A stretch of 64,000 bases of DNA from an uncultured virus (IMG/VR IMGVR_UViG_3300030333_001711) (lineage: Duplodnaviria; Heunggongvirae; Uroviricota; Caudoviricetes), in the IMG/VR virus record IMGVR_UViG_3300030333_001711, one strand, 5' to 3'. Shown here piece after piece: positions 55,801-64,000 of this stretch. Made by a program: the position numbers and the translations under genes. A model generated the notes under the pieces. That model was not told where the DNA came from, made no database searches, and was given only the letters and a program-made list of their open reading frames with translations. Each line of letters opens with the position of its first letter. The stretch's first letter is position 1.

Positions 55801-58800
55801 ATAGGTAGAACTGGACAAGGTTCAGCAACAGCAGGAACACTTACCGTCCACGGAGATGTTACTTTAAATAGAGACGTTACTTTAAATGGTGCACAGAATA
55901 CCATTGGTGACGCATCTGGTGACGCATTAACAGTAAATGCTACTACTCAATTCACAGCCCCAGTTACCCTGAGTTCAGGACAAGATCTTAATGTTGGTGG
56001 TAATGCCATAGTTGATGGTAACTTAACAGTTCACGGTAGCACAACTACAGTAAACAGTACTACTATTACTGTGGACGATCCTATCATTACATTAGGTGGT
56101 GATACTGCTCCTGGTTCTGATGACGCAAAAGATCGTGGTGTAGAGTTCCGATATTACGATTCATCTGCTAAAATAGGATTCTTCGGGTGGGACGATTCAG
56201 CACTTAGGTTTGCTTTCTATCACAATGCAACTAATAGTTCTGAAGTATTTACTGGTACTAGATCTGGTTTAGACGCAGGTTCCATCAAATTATTTGATAC
56301 TACAAATGCAACGAATTCTTCTACAGGTGCTCTCATTGTTGGTGGTGGTGCGGGTATTGGACTTGATCTATATGTCGGTGACGACCTCACAGTCAATGAC
56401 GATGGATCGTTTGGTGGAAATGTCAGCATTGATGGCACGCTCGATGTAACAAATGACTTTAGAGTCAACACAAATAAATTTACAGTTGCTAATGCTACAG
56501 GTAATACATTAGTTGCAGGAACATTTAGAGCAGACGGAGTATCTACTTTAAATTCATCTGTAAATATTGTTGGAGCAAGTTCTAATCTAAGCGTTGGTGG
56601 TACTTTGGGTGTCACAAGCAATACAACCCTCTCAGGGACGCTTGGAGTGACGTTAGGAACGACATTAGGTAATACCTTGGATGTATCAGGTGCTACCAAT
56701 GTTACTAATACTTTAGGTGTAACTGGAGTAACAACTCTTACAAATGCTACTAATGCAACTCTTGGTGGAACTTGGTCATCTAGTGGTGCGTTAAGAGTAT
56801 CCGCAGGTGGTGCAACTATCTCAGGTAATACTGGTATTGGTGGAAACTTAAAGGTATATACAAACAGTACATTAGATGGAACTCTTGGTGTTGGTGGTAT
56901 CGTAACATTCGATGAGAAACTAAGAGCAAATTCTACTGCACAGGCAACCGCTGCAAACAATAACGGTGCTGCAATATTTACAGCAGGTGGTTTAGCAGTT
57001 ACTAAGAAGGCATATATTGGAGATGACTTTGATATTGGTGGAGGTAACTTTACTGTAGACGGACCTACAGGTAACACAGTTGTTGGTGGAACACTTGATG
57101 TAACAGGTGGAACAACAACTATATCCTCACTGATTGCTACTTCTACAGCAAACTTACAGTCAACCTTAAACGTTGGTGGTTCATTTAACATCAACACTAA
57201 TAAATTTAACGTTGCAGGTCCAAGTGGTAATACTGATATTGCAGGTACACTTGATGTAGTAGGTGGAGTTGACTTAGATTCAACTTTAAATGTAGATGGT
57301 AACGCAGACTTTAATTCTGGTATAGATGTAACATCAGGTAATGCTACATTCGCAGGTCTTGTACAAGCAAATAACGTAACAGATTCTTCTGCATATAATG
57401 ACTCTGCTGCTTCTGTACATACAGATGGTGGTTTATCAGTTAAGAAGAAAGCATTTGTTGGTGATGATTTATCAGTAGGTGGAGCAGCAGGAGTTAAATT
57501 TATTGTTGATGGACCTACAGGTAACACTGATATTACTGGAACTCTTAATGTTCAAGATGGTGTAACTTTACAAAGCACACTTGGAGTTACAGGTCAGATT
57601 ACTGGTAACGTAACAGGTGACTTGACTGGTAATGCTGATACTGCATCTCTAGTTGATGTAACAAATACCACAGGTTCTAACCTTACATTCTTCCCAACAT
57701 TTGTTTCTGCTACAACTGGAAACACTGAAATAAGAACTGACTCAGATAACTTTAAATATGTTCCTAGTACAAACACTTTATCTGTAAGTAACTTTGTTTG
57801 TTCTACAAACTTTGAGATTCAAGGTAACTTAAACATCACTGGAACTATCACGTTCCAACAGTCACAGGTTGGTAGTATTGCTAACCACGACACAGATGCT
57901 CTTACTGAAGGATCTACAAACCTATATTTCACTGATGAGAGAGTTGATGATCGTGTTGCTGCATTGATCACAGGTGGTACTGGTATTTCTGCTACTTACG
58001 ATGATGCAGGTAACTTACTAACTCTATCTGCTGACTTTGGTGAGTTTGACACAGATAGTATTGTAGAAGGATCTACAAATTTATTTACGACTGCTGCTAG
58101 AACAAGAACTCACTTTACATATGGAACTGGTATTGAACTAAGTGGAGCAGGTCAATTATCTGTAACACAGGCAGATATTAATACTGATAATGTAACTGAA
58201 GGATCAACTAACCTATTCACTACTGCTGCCAGAACAAGATCACACTTTACATATGGCACAGGAATTACACACGATGGTTCTGGTGGTTTATCTGTTACTC
58301 AGGCAGACATCAATACTGATAATATTACTGAGGGTTCAACAAATATATTCTATACCAATGCTAGGTTTGATACCCAGTTAGCAACTAAGGATACAGATGA
58401 TATATCTGAAGGATCTAACCAGTACTTCACAACTGCACGTGCTCGTCAATCAATTCAAGCAACACAAAACATCACCTACAATAGTAGCACTGGTGTTATT
58501 ACTGGACCTTCTCTTGCTACTGTTGCAGGAACTGGTGCTTATAGTGATTTGACTGGAACTCCATCTCTTGCTACTGTTGCAACATCTGGTGCTTACAGTG
58601 ACTTGAGTGGTACACCATCACTAGCAACTGTTGCTACATCAGGTGCTTACAGTGACTTGAGTGGACTACCTTCATTATTCTCTGGTAATTATAATGACTT
58701 AAGCAACAAACCTACATTAGGTACTGCTGCTGCAACTGCCTCATCTGATTATGCTACTGCTGCACAAGGTGCTAAAGCAGACTCTGCGTTACAGGCAGAA

Positions 58801-58884
58801 ACGATTGATCTTGCAACTCTTAAGACAACCGTTGCAAACTCAGCAACATTTGCTGCATTTAAAATAGCAATCGCTGCATTATGA
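52831..58884 (+). CDS. long tail fibre-like protein
   Basis: N-terminal RLQLRRD...W...NPILAQGELGIE.DT...KIGDG...WNSL (Mtd-N-like); G/T-rich beta-helix repeats; TD...EGSTNL repeats. Confidence 0.85.
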   Translation: MANRLQLRRDGAQQWANINPILAQGELGIEIDTSRIKIGDGVTPWNSLRYERPIETESNAANTLVKRDADGNFEAGAISATLIGNASTSTRLASARQIQLTGSITGSGSFDGSSNLNLATNLELVTSLPHYNPNDPDATALYSRVQVDSRGRVVGASLASTLAEYGITDAQGLDSDLTALANLTTFGLLTRTATGQITTRNLTGGAGRVIFTTPDGVASNPFIDLADTAVVVGSYNVESLTSVSTNGANGEPFGTETVNASKFSVDRYGRITQATNVPIATATEGSKYATYNAGSTYNRYDIIENASKVYQAITNIGAGQGAPTHTSGDVSNWRYLAAAATEQKGLASFAQEDFDVDANGHVTIAPLAVDNTQMQNTRVGFADGNNIETFELDQELTATTGYRGFNYLNYVTVNDTSGNLLFTANNVDNTGAGGVDINVDTHISGALIKLDRPGNTPLQTIERSAGSLLIHHNVNSSVNRTLDITSNNAGSGTAKINVTSDDGIVITATNVASKVQVEDFYLQQNTIGTSDATMVLDPGDDDAATGLVQVRGNLQVDGTTTTVNSTTISVDDPIITLGGDTAPVADDNKDRGVEIKYYDSQARVGFFGWDEDYTNANIWTGTGGYRFLYNATNTSEVFSGTDAPLIAGNLALTTNTGSTSTTTGTLVVTGGFGLSENAHIGGTVTIAGQSEINNNVIIKADNKEFAIQTAAGVDKFTVDTDNGNTIIEGTLDVQLETEITDNLIVTADAKEFKIRTASNVDKFTVDTDNGNTVIEGTLNTKQAVDFDQTLNVDGDVTLNATLDVDDDVTLHNDFLMDTTGKTFTLTNGSTQKFQISTTNGNTDIEGTLNLGNFFHHEDTDTPTIGTNAQDDFIISSGDYGSFRFDGGGYIEGDTLFNSDLYINGAINQKDLGTTETFSTQNYLRVRYKLRAGSTVAYTPSYATDNNSNLRVYGGAGIATDLHIGDDLYIGKLNSGDTTEFTVLGESGNTTIGRTGQGSATAGTLTVHGDVTLNRDVTLNGAQNTIGDASGDALTVNATTQFTAPVTLSSGQDLNVGGNAIVDGNLTVHGSTTTVNSTTITVDDPIITLGGDTAPGSDDAKDRGVEFRYYDSSAKIGFFGWDDSALRFAFYHNATNSSEVFTGTRSGLDAGSIKLFDTTNATNSSTGALIVGGGAGIGLDLYVGDDLTVNDDGSFGGNVSIDGTLDVTNDFRVNTNKFTVANATGNTLVAGTFRADGVSTLNSSVNIVGASSNLSVGGTLGVTSNTTLSGTLGVTLGTTLGNTLDVSGATNVTNTLGVTGVTTLTNATNATLGGTWSSSGALRVSAGGATISGNTGIGGNLKVYTNSTLDGTLGVGGIVTFDEKLRANSTAQATAANNNGAAIFTAGGLAVTKKAYIGDDFDIGGGNFTVDGPTGNTVVGGTLDVTGGTTTISSLIATSTANLQSTLNVGGSFNINTNKFNVAGPSGNTDIAGTLDVVGGVDLDSTLNVDGNADFNSGIDVTSGNATFAGLVQANNVTDSSAYNDSAASVHTDGGLSVKKKAFVGDDLSVGGAAGVKFIVDGPTGNTDITGTLNVQDGVTLQSTLGVTGQITGNVTGDLTGNADTASLVDVTNTTGSNLTFFPTFVSATTGNTEIRTDSDNFKYVPSTNTLSVSNFVCSTNFEIQGNLNITGTITFQQSQVGSIANHDTDALTEGSTNLYFTDERVDDRVAALITGGTGISATYDDAGNLLTLSADFGEFDTDSIVEGSTNLFTTAARTRTHFTYGTGIELSGAGQLSVTQADINTDNVTEGSTNLFTTAARTRSHFTYGTGITHDGSGGLSVTQADINTDNITEGSTNIFYTNARFDTQLATKDTDDISEGSNQYFTTARARQSIQATQNITYNSSTGVITGPSLATVAGTGAYSDLTGTPSLATVATSGAYSDLSGTPSLATVATSGAYSDLSGLPSLFSGNYNDLSNKPTLGTAAATASSDYATAAQGAKADSALQAETIDLATLKTTVANSATFAAFKIAIAAL
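58507..58722 (+). repeat. 54-bp tandem repeat (18 aa: PSLATVATSGAYSDLSGT)
   Basis: Three near-identical copies plus a degenerate fourth near the tail fibre C-terminus. Confidence 0.85.
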
Positions 58885-59144
58885 TTTTCTTCTCTTTTAT
58901 CATTTCATTATTTGCCAATCACTTACCAGTGATGTATGTGCAAGTTCCACAGTGGGCAGACGATTGGGCAGTGTGTGCTGTTGATATACCTGACGCTAAA
59001 TGTCATTGGTATGTTATGGCACCCGACAATACTTTTGGTGAAGGATTTGACTGGGAGACTGCTCCTTGGTTCGATGCTAATGGATTAAATGATGTCGCTC
59101 CTATGCAAAAGGAGACTGTAATGGTTAAGTTACAAAACAACTAA
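58881..59144 (+). CDS. small Trp/Cys-rich protein with hydrophobic N-terminus
   Basis: VQVPQWADDWAVCAVDIPDAKCHWYVMAPDNTFGEGFDWE.APWFD. Confidence 0.75.
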   Translation: MIFFSFIISLFANHLPVMYVQVPQWADDWAVCAVDIPDAKCHWYVMAPDNTFGEGFDWETAPWFDANGLNDVAPMQKETVMVKLQNN

Positions 59145-59145
59145 T

Positions 59146-59940
59146 ATGGCAACTCCAACCTCTAAAGCAACACTAAAAGAATACGCACTTCGCAGATTAG
59201 GTAAACCTGTATTAGAAGTCAACGTTTCTGATGATCAAATAGATGATGCTATCGATTACACTATCGAGAAGTTTCACATTTATCATTACGGTGGTTCAGA
59301 AAAAGTTTACCTAAAGCATCAAATGACTGCTGCTGAAGTCGCTGCATTTCAAGCAGACACTACAGAAACTGTAGGTAGTACAGAATTTAAGACGCAAAAT
59401 AATTTTTTAACTTTACCTGATTTTATAACGTCTGTTAATGGTATCTTTACTTTCCAAGACAAAGGTACTGCAAATATGTTTGACATTCGTTATCAGTTAA
59501 GATTGAATGATCTGTTTGATTTTACATCAACACAGTTTTATCATTACTATATGATTCAGACACATCTTGAGACAATAAATTTCTTATTAGAAGGAATGAA
59601 ACCTACAAGATTTACTCATACATCTGGTCGTTTATATATTGACTTTGACACTAATACTGATGTTCGTGAAGGTGAGTATATTGTTATTGATTGTGTTCGT
59701 GCATTAGATCCAGTTAACTTTACAAAAATCTATAATGAGATGTGGGTTAAGGATTATGCTACATCTCTGATTAAAAAATATTGGGGAACAAATTTAACTA
59801 AGTTCCAAAACGTTCAACTCCCTGGTGGTGTTACTCTAAATGGTGAGAAAATTTATAGTGATGCTGTAGAGGAACTAGAAAAACTAGATGAGCAGTTAAG
59901 AACCACATATGAAACACCACCTATGGATATGATAGGATAA
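59146..59940 (+). CDS. gp13: neck protein gp13
   Basis: LKEYALRRLGKPVLEVNV.DDQI.D; WGTNL.KF..VQLPGGVTLNG. Confidence 0.93.
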   Translation: MATPTSKATLKEYALRRLGKPVLEVNVSDDQIDDAIDYTIEKFHIYHYGGSEKVYLKHQMTAAEVAAFQADTTETVGSTEFKTQNNFLTLPDFITSVNGIFTFQDKGTANMFDIRYQLRLNDLFDFTSTQFYHYYMIQTHLETINFLLEGMKPTRFTHTSGRLYIDFDTNTDVREGEYIVIDCVRALDPVNFTKIYNEMWVKDYATSLIKKYWGTNLTKFQNVQLPGGVTLNGEKIYSDAVEELEKLDEQLRTTYETPPMDMIG

Positions 59941-60806
59941 TGGCAACTAACTCTTACTTTACACAAGGCACAACTGGTGAACAAGATCTTATAGAGAATC
60001 TTGTTATAGAACAGATAAAGATGTTTGGAAAGAATGTCTTTTATATGCCTAGAACTTTAGTAAATGAAGATACAACATTTACTGAAGATGCTTTGTCTAA
60101 GTTTGATGATGCCTACGAAATAGAAGCATATATTGAAGATCCAACTGGATTTACTGGTGACGGTGATCTCTTTACTAAGTTTGGTGTAAGGATTTCTGAT
60201 CAAGTTACATTTATAATATCAAGAAAAAGATTTACAGAAGCAGTTGATGACAATGCACAACTGATTGTGGAAGGAAGACCTAACGAAGGAGACTTGGTTT
60301 ACTTCCCTATGGCAAATAAAATATTTAAAATTATGTTCGTTGAGCACGAACAACCTTTCTATCAGTTAGGTAAGATCCACGTATGGGGTCTTAAGTGTGA
60401 ACTCTTCGAGTTCAGCGACGAGCAGTTCGATACAGGAGTTACTGCAATCGATCAAATCGAACAGGACTTCTCAGTATCCATCACTATCAACTTTGCCACA
60501 GGTGGCACTGGAGACTTTACAGTCGGTGAAGTGGTGGCAGGTGGAACCTCTAATATTACAGCAGAGGTTAAGTCTTGGGATTCTACTAATAGACAATTAC
60601 AAGTCTTTAATAGAACTGGAATATTTACAATTCCAGAGACTATAACAGGGCAGTCATCAAGTGCTGCTTGGACAACTGCATCATATAATACACTAAATAA
60701 TACATCGAGCGAATACGATTCAAATAGTTCGTTTGAAACCCTTGCTGATTCAATTATTGATTTTTCAGAAGGGAATCCATTTGGTGATTTTGGAGGTGCT
60801 AATTAA
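59940..60806 (+). CDS. gp14: neck protein gp14
   Basis: EQDLIENLVIEQIKMFG..V.Y.PR; RPNEGDL.YFP; FVEHEQPFYQLGK; DFSE.NPFG. Confidence 0.93.
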   Translation: MATNSYFTQGTTGEQDLIENLVIEQIKMFGKNVFYMPRTLVNEDTTFTEDALSKFDDAYEIEAYIEDPTGFTGDGDLFTKFGVRISDQVTFIISRKRFTEAVDDNAQLIVEGRPNEGDLVYFPMANKIFKIMFVEHEQPFYQLGKIHVWGLKCELFEFSDEQFDTGVTAIDQIEQDFSVSITINFATGGTGDFTVGEVVAGGTSNITAEVKSWDSTNRQLQVFNRTGIFTIPETITGQSSSAAWTTASYNTLNNTSSEYDSNSSFETLADSIIDFSEGNPFGDFGGAN

Positions 60807-61603
60807 TGTTAGGTACATATACATACAATGAAATATTCCGAAAGTCAGTTATTGCTTTTGGTACTTTGTTTAATAACATAGAAATTCGTAGAAAGAAAAA
60901 TGCTACGGAATATGAGTATATGAAAGTGCCTTTGGCATATGGACCTAAACAAAAGTTTTTAGCAAGACTTCAACAAGTAGGAGATTTAACTAGGAAAGAT
61001 GCGACTCAAATTACGCTTCCTAGGATTTCGTTTGAGATTTCTGGTTTCAATTACGACGCAACAAGAAAGGTCTCCCCAACACAGAGAGTTAGGACTGCTG
61101 TTGGAACTGACCTACAAAAAGCGTTTATGCCAGTACCGTACAACGTTGACTTTGAGTTAGCAATTCTTTCAAAGAATCAAGATGACGGTTTACAAATCTT
61201 AGAACAAATACTTCCATACTTCCAACCCACATTTAATATCACTGTACAACTGAACGATCAGTTACAGGAGAAAAAAGATTTTCCAGTAGTTTTAAATACA
61301 ATATCTTATGATGATGATTATGAAGGTGATTATACAACAAGAAGAACTCTCATATATACAATAACTTTCACTTGCAAAACATATATCTACGGTCCTGTTC
61401 TTGACGGTGAGAAAGAACTTATCCGTAAGGCAATCGTTGATACTGCAACTGATAATAAAACAAGTGCACCTCGTGAGATGAGATACACGGTCGAACCAGA
61501 CCCAATCACTTCTGATCCAGATGATGATTTTGGTTTTAATGAATTATTCAGTACTTTTAATGATGGAAAATCAAGAAATCCAGTCACAGGAAACGACGAG
61601 TAA
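60806..61603 (+). CDS. gp15: tail sheath stabiliser / terminator gp15
   Basis: FGTLFNNI; VPLAYGPKQKFLARL; LPRISFE; QILEQILPYFQP; DDYEGD...RR. Confidence 0.93.
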   Translation: MLGTYTYNEIFRKSVIAFGTLFNNIEIRRKKNATEYEYMKVPLAYGPKQKFLARLQQVGDLTRKDATQITLPRISFEISGFNYDATRKVSPTQRVRTAVGTDLQKAFMPVPYNVDFELAILSKNQDDGLQILEQILPYFQPTFNITVQLNDQLQEKKDFPVVLNTISYDDDYEGDYTTRRTLIYTITFTCKTYIYGPVLDGEKELIRKAIVDTATDNKTSAPREMRYTVEPDPITSDPDDDFGFNELFSTFNDGKSRNPVTGNDE

Positions 61604-62021
61604 ATTCGACGGTATTGAAGACGCTCTTGATGTAGAAACATCCATCGTTAAAGATGAGAAACCTGCATTAGAAAGAGTAGAAGATACACCTGTAAAACAA
61701 AACGAAGCAATTAAAAAAGACTACGAATATACTCGTGGCAATTTGTATTCGTTAATTGACAAGGGACAGGAAGCGGTAGACGGAATCCTAGAACTATCAC
61801 AACAAACAGATTCACCACGTGCCTATGAGGTAGCAGGTAATCTTATTAAGAACGTGGCAGATGCCACGGATAAACTAATAGACCTTCAGAAAAAAATGCA
61901 AGAATTAGAAGAAGGTCCAAAAGGTGCTGTAACAGGTAACGTTACTAACAACACAATGTTTGTTGGTAGCACTGCTGATCTTGCGAAATTCCTCAAACAG
62001 AAACAGAAAGAGGATAAATAG
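61563..62021 (+). CDS. gp16: terminase small subunit gp16
   Basis: DYEYTRGNLYSLI.KGQEA..GIL..A/S...SPRAYEVAG.LIK; NNTMFVGSTADL; start probably ATG 61563 or 61560. Confidence 0.9.
   Translation: MENQEIQSQETTSKFDGIEDALDVETSIVKDEKPALERVEDTPVKQNEAIKKDYEYTRGNLYSLIDKGQEAVDGILELSQQTDSPRAYEVAGNLIKNVADATDKLIDLQKKMQELEEGPKGAVTGNVTNNTMFVGSTADLAKFLKQKQKEDK
62013..62020 (+). promoter_or_regulatory. T4-type late promoter
   Basis: GATAAATA upstream of ATG 62049. Confidence 0.6.
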
Positions 62022-62048
62022 TAAAAACAATCTTGTGTCAAAAAGTCG

Positions 62049-62597
62049 ATGTCTGTATTAAATGTCTTAGATACTACGACAGTGAGTGGTTCAGGTACTG
62101 CTTACATCGTCGTTAAAAGTGGAGTTGTACGTGCATATGCTGCATCTGCATCAACCATAAAATTTGATAGCGGTCCTGCTATTACACTTGCAGCAGGGGA
62201 AGCAGTTTTGCTGTCAGTAGGTAAATCAAAAAATATTAGTATTACTGGTGCAACTAATGCTAACGGTTCAGTATTTACTGTTGCAGGTGGTGGACACGGT
62301 ACAGGAGCAGGTGGTCGTCACAGTTTTGCTGTAGGAGATTTTGTTCAGACTATAGATGGTGGTGACACAGGTTTTGGAACAGACTTTGAATCTGCTGCAT
62401 CAGCAGGTAAGAAAGTGACAGCAGTTACTGACATAACAATTACTACAGACATTGATGCGTCAGGTGCAGGTTCTGCATATTCAATTAGTGATGCTGATGT
62501 AATCGCTAACACCGTTCCTATGTTACAAAGAACTGTTAAGTTAACAGCAGGTTCTGCGGACGTAGTTGTAGAACAAGTACAAGTTGTCGGAGGTTGA
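62049..62597 (+). CDS. small beta-rich virion protein (hypothetical)
   Basis: 182 aa, G/A/T/V-rich, follows a late promoter. Confidence 0.75.
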   Translation: MSVLNVLDTTTVSGSGTAYIVVKSGVVRAYAASASTIKFDSGPAITLAAGEAVLLSVGKSKNISITGATNANGSVFTVAGGGHGTGAGGRHSFAVGDFVQTIDGGDTGFGTDFESAASAGKKVTAVTDITITTDIDASGAGSAYSISDADVIANTVPMLQRTVKLTAGSADVVVEQVQVVGG

Positions 62598-62600
62598 TCC

Positions 62601-62744
62601 GTGGCGATACAAGATATTAATGGTCAATGGGTATGTGCATATTGTGGATTGAAGTCTCCTAAAGGACATTGGAGACCTAAAACGTGGATTGAAAAACACG
62701 AAAAAAATTGTCCTAGACACCCATCTAATAATCAAGTAGCATAA
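62601..62744 (+). CDS. small C2HC zinc-finger protein (47 aa)
   Basis: GTG start with GGAGG upstream; W.CAYCG...KHEKNCP. Confidence 0.65.
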   Translation: MAIQDINGQWVCAYCGLKSPKGHWRPKTWIEKHEKNCPRHPSNNQVA

Positions 62745-64000
62745 TGAACAATCTTCAATCATTTTCTAACTTTACTGAACACTGTGGTTGCGATCATAGT
62801 GAAGACAAAAAGAAAAAATCTAAAGTTACTAAAGAAGAGATCATAAAAGAATATGGTGATCCTACAGTTAGTAAGAGATTGAGAGTTGCTCGTGCGATTG
62901 ATTCAACGTTTAGAGGTAAAGCACCAAAGTACAATAGTAAGCGTGCTAAAATTTCTAATGCTTTGAAGATGTCATCAATAAAAGCAGAGACAAAAAAAAG
63001 AAAGGCAAAAGAAAATCCATATTCAGCAGGTAAAAAATTAAAAGCAGCTCTTGGAATAAACAGTGAAGGTTATCTTCCAGAAGAGGGATATGATATTGCA
63101 AGAGATATGGGAATGGTAAAACCATCTAAAGATAAGAAAGATGCAACTACTGCTAACCATACAAGAGAAACTGAGACTGATGCTCAAAGAAAATTACGTA
63201 TGCTAAAGCAGCAGAAGAATACTGCTAGAGCAGTTGAGAATGTTAAACAAAGACTTAGAGATAAGTATGGTAAGAATGCCATAATGGATGTAGGTAAGAA
63301 AAATGAAGAAGTAGAACATCTTGATGAATTAAGTAAGACAACTACTGCGAACTATCTCTACCACGCAAAGGTAGATAAAAATTATGTTCACGGTGGCAAG
63401 ATGGGTAAGTATGCAAAAGCGAGAGACAAAGGAATACAAAGAGCAGAGAAAAAACTAGGAAAAAAAGTTAGTGATAGAGTTAACTATGTTGCAGATACTG
63501 ATACTCGCTCGATGAGACAAGATTCAAGTACATCAGCATACCCTAGAAAAATTAAGGTAAAAGAAGAAGTACAGTTAGAGAAAGTTAATCTAAGAGATAA
63601 GTCTACTCAGTATGCTAGAAGCACTAAAGAGGTAGATACTGCAATGACAGATCACGTCAATAGAACAAAAGGTAGACACTATGGTAAAGATGGTAAGGTC
63701 ACAGAAGTTGGTCGTTATCGTAGACCAAGTAAGAGAGAAGCAAGAAATGAATTGATTGATTTGTATAAAGAAAGTTATGGTAGAGGTAGACTTACTAGCA
63801 CTAATGATATGCAGAGTAAGTTATACGCTAAGAATAATAGTATGGGTAAACCAAGGACTGATGATGAGATCAGGAAAGAAAAAGGTGGACAAGCATTTCT
63901 TGATAGAATCAAAGCAGCAAAATCAAAAATGAAAAGTGAAGGAACTTCTTATGGTCTCTACAAGGGAACTGGTAAACCATCAGGTCCTATGGCAGCGTTT
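62744..64000 (+). CDS. K/R/E-rich modular protein (partial, runs off the window); candidate internal head protein
   Basis: Open frame from ATG 62744 (MNNLQSFSNFTEHCGC...); basic blocks separated by EE / (L,I)xE motifs. Confidence 0.75.
   Translation, partial: MNNLQSFSNFTEHCGCDHSEDKKKKSKVTKEEIIKEYGDPTVSKRLRVARAIDSTFRGKAPKYNSKRAKISNALKMSSIKAETKKRKAKENPYSAGKKLKAALGINSEGYLPEEGYDIARDMGMVKPSKDKKDATTANHTRETETDAQRKLRMLKQQKNTARAVENVKQRLRDKYGKNAIMDVGKKNEEVEHLDELSKTTTANYLYHAKVDKNYVHGGKMGKYAKARDKGIQRAEKKLGKKVSDRVNYVADTDTRSMRQDSSTSAYPRKIKVKEEVQLEKVNLRDKSTQYARSTKEVDTAMTDHVNRTKGRHYGKDGKVTEVGRYRRPSKREARNELIDLYKESYGRGRLTSTNDMQSKLYAKNNSMGKPRTDDEIRKEKGGQAFLDRIKAAKSKMKSEGTSYGLYKGTGKPSGPMAAF

Noticed and set aside
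56220..57527. 435-aa minus-strand ORF
   Set aside because: Antisense shadow of the G/T/A-rich tail fibre codons; low-complexity P/V/S/T composition, no RBS or promoter, and all real genes here are on the + strand
1..64000. tRNA/rRNA genes and self-splicing introns
   Set aside because: No cloverleaf with a T-loop or rRNA-like sequence recognised; structural ORFs are uninterrupted

Overview
A 64-kb segment of an AT-rich T4-like marine cyanomyovirus (Kyanoviridae-type; Prochlorococcus/Synechococcus host inferred from gene content and low GC). All credible genes are on the + strand. Bases 1-8.8 kb form an early/host-takeover region of about 35 very small, mostly acidic ORFs, including an ArdA-like antirestriction protein and a NUMOD4-HNH nuclease. 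They are arranged in about 11 repeated promoter-plus-leader cassettes of two classes, with a candidate switchable RNA at 6.42-6.57 kb. Bases 8.9-10.6 kb encode NlpC/P60, AbrB-like and 2OG-Fe(II) oxygenase genes. Bases 10.6-64 kb are the late virion module: PAAR-like spike tip, gp25, gp6, a 7028-aa gp7-like giant baseplate protein, a YHYH-like protein, a gp9-like protein, gp8, VrlC/DUF4815-like protein, tail fibre, gp13, gp14, gp15, gp16 and a truncated K/E-rich ORF. The most striking observation is in the giant protein: six repeats that resemble phycobiliprotein (globin-fold) subunits and keep the bilin-attachment Cys-x-x-Asp motif, built in a nested 'matryoshka' architecture alongside a type-1 copper-like site and an EF-hand loop. 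The sequence also appears to avoid several restriction-type words (CATG, GGCC, AGCT, GCTGG/CCAGC, CTGCAG). All calls are by-eye motif recognition; no database searches were run.
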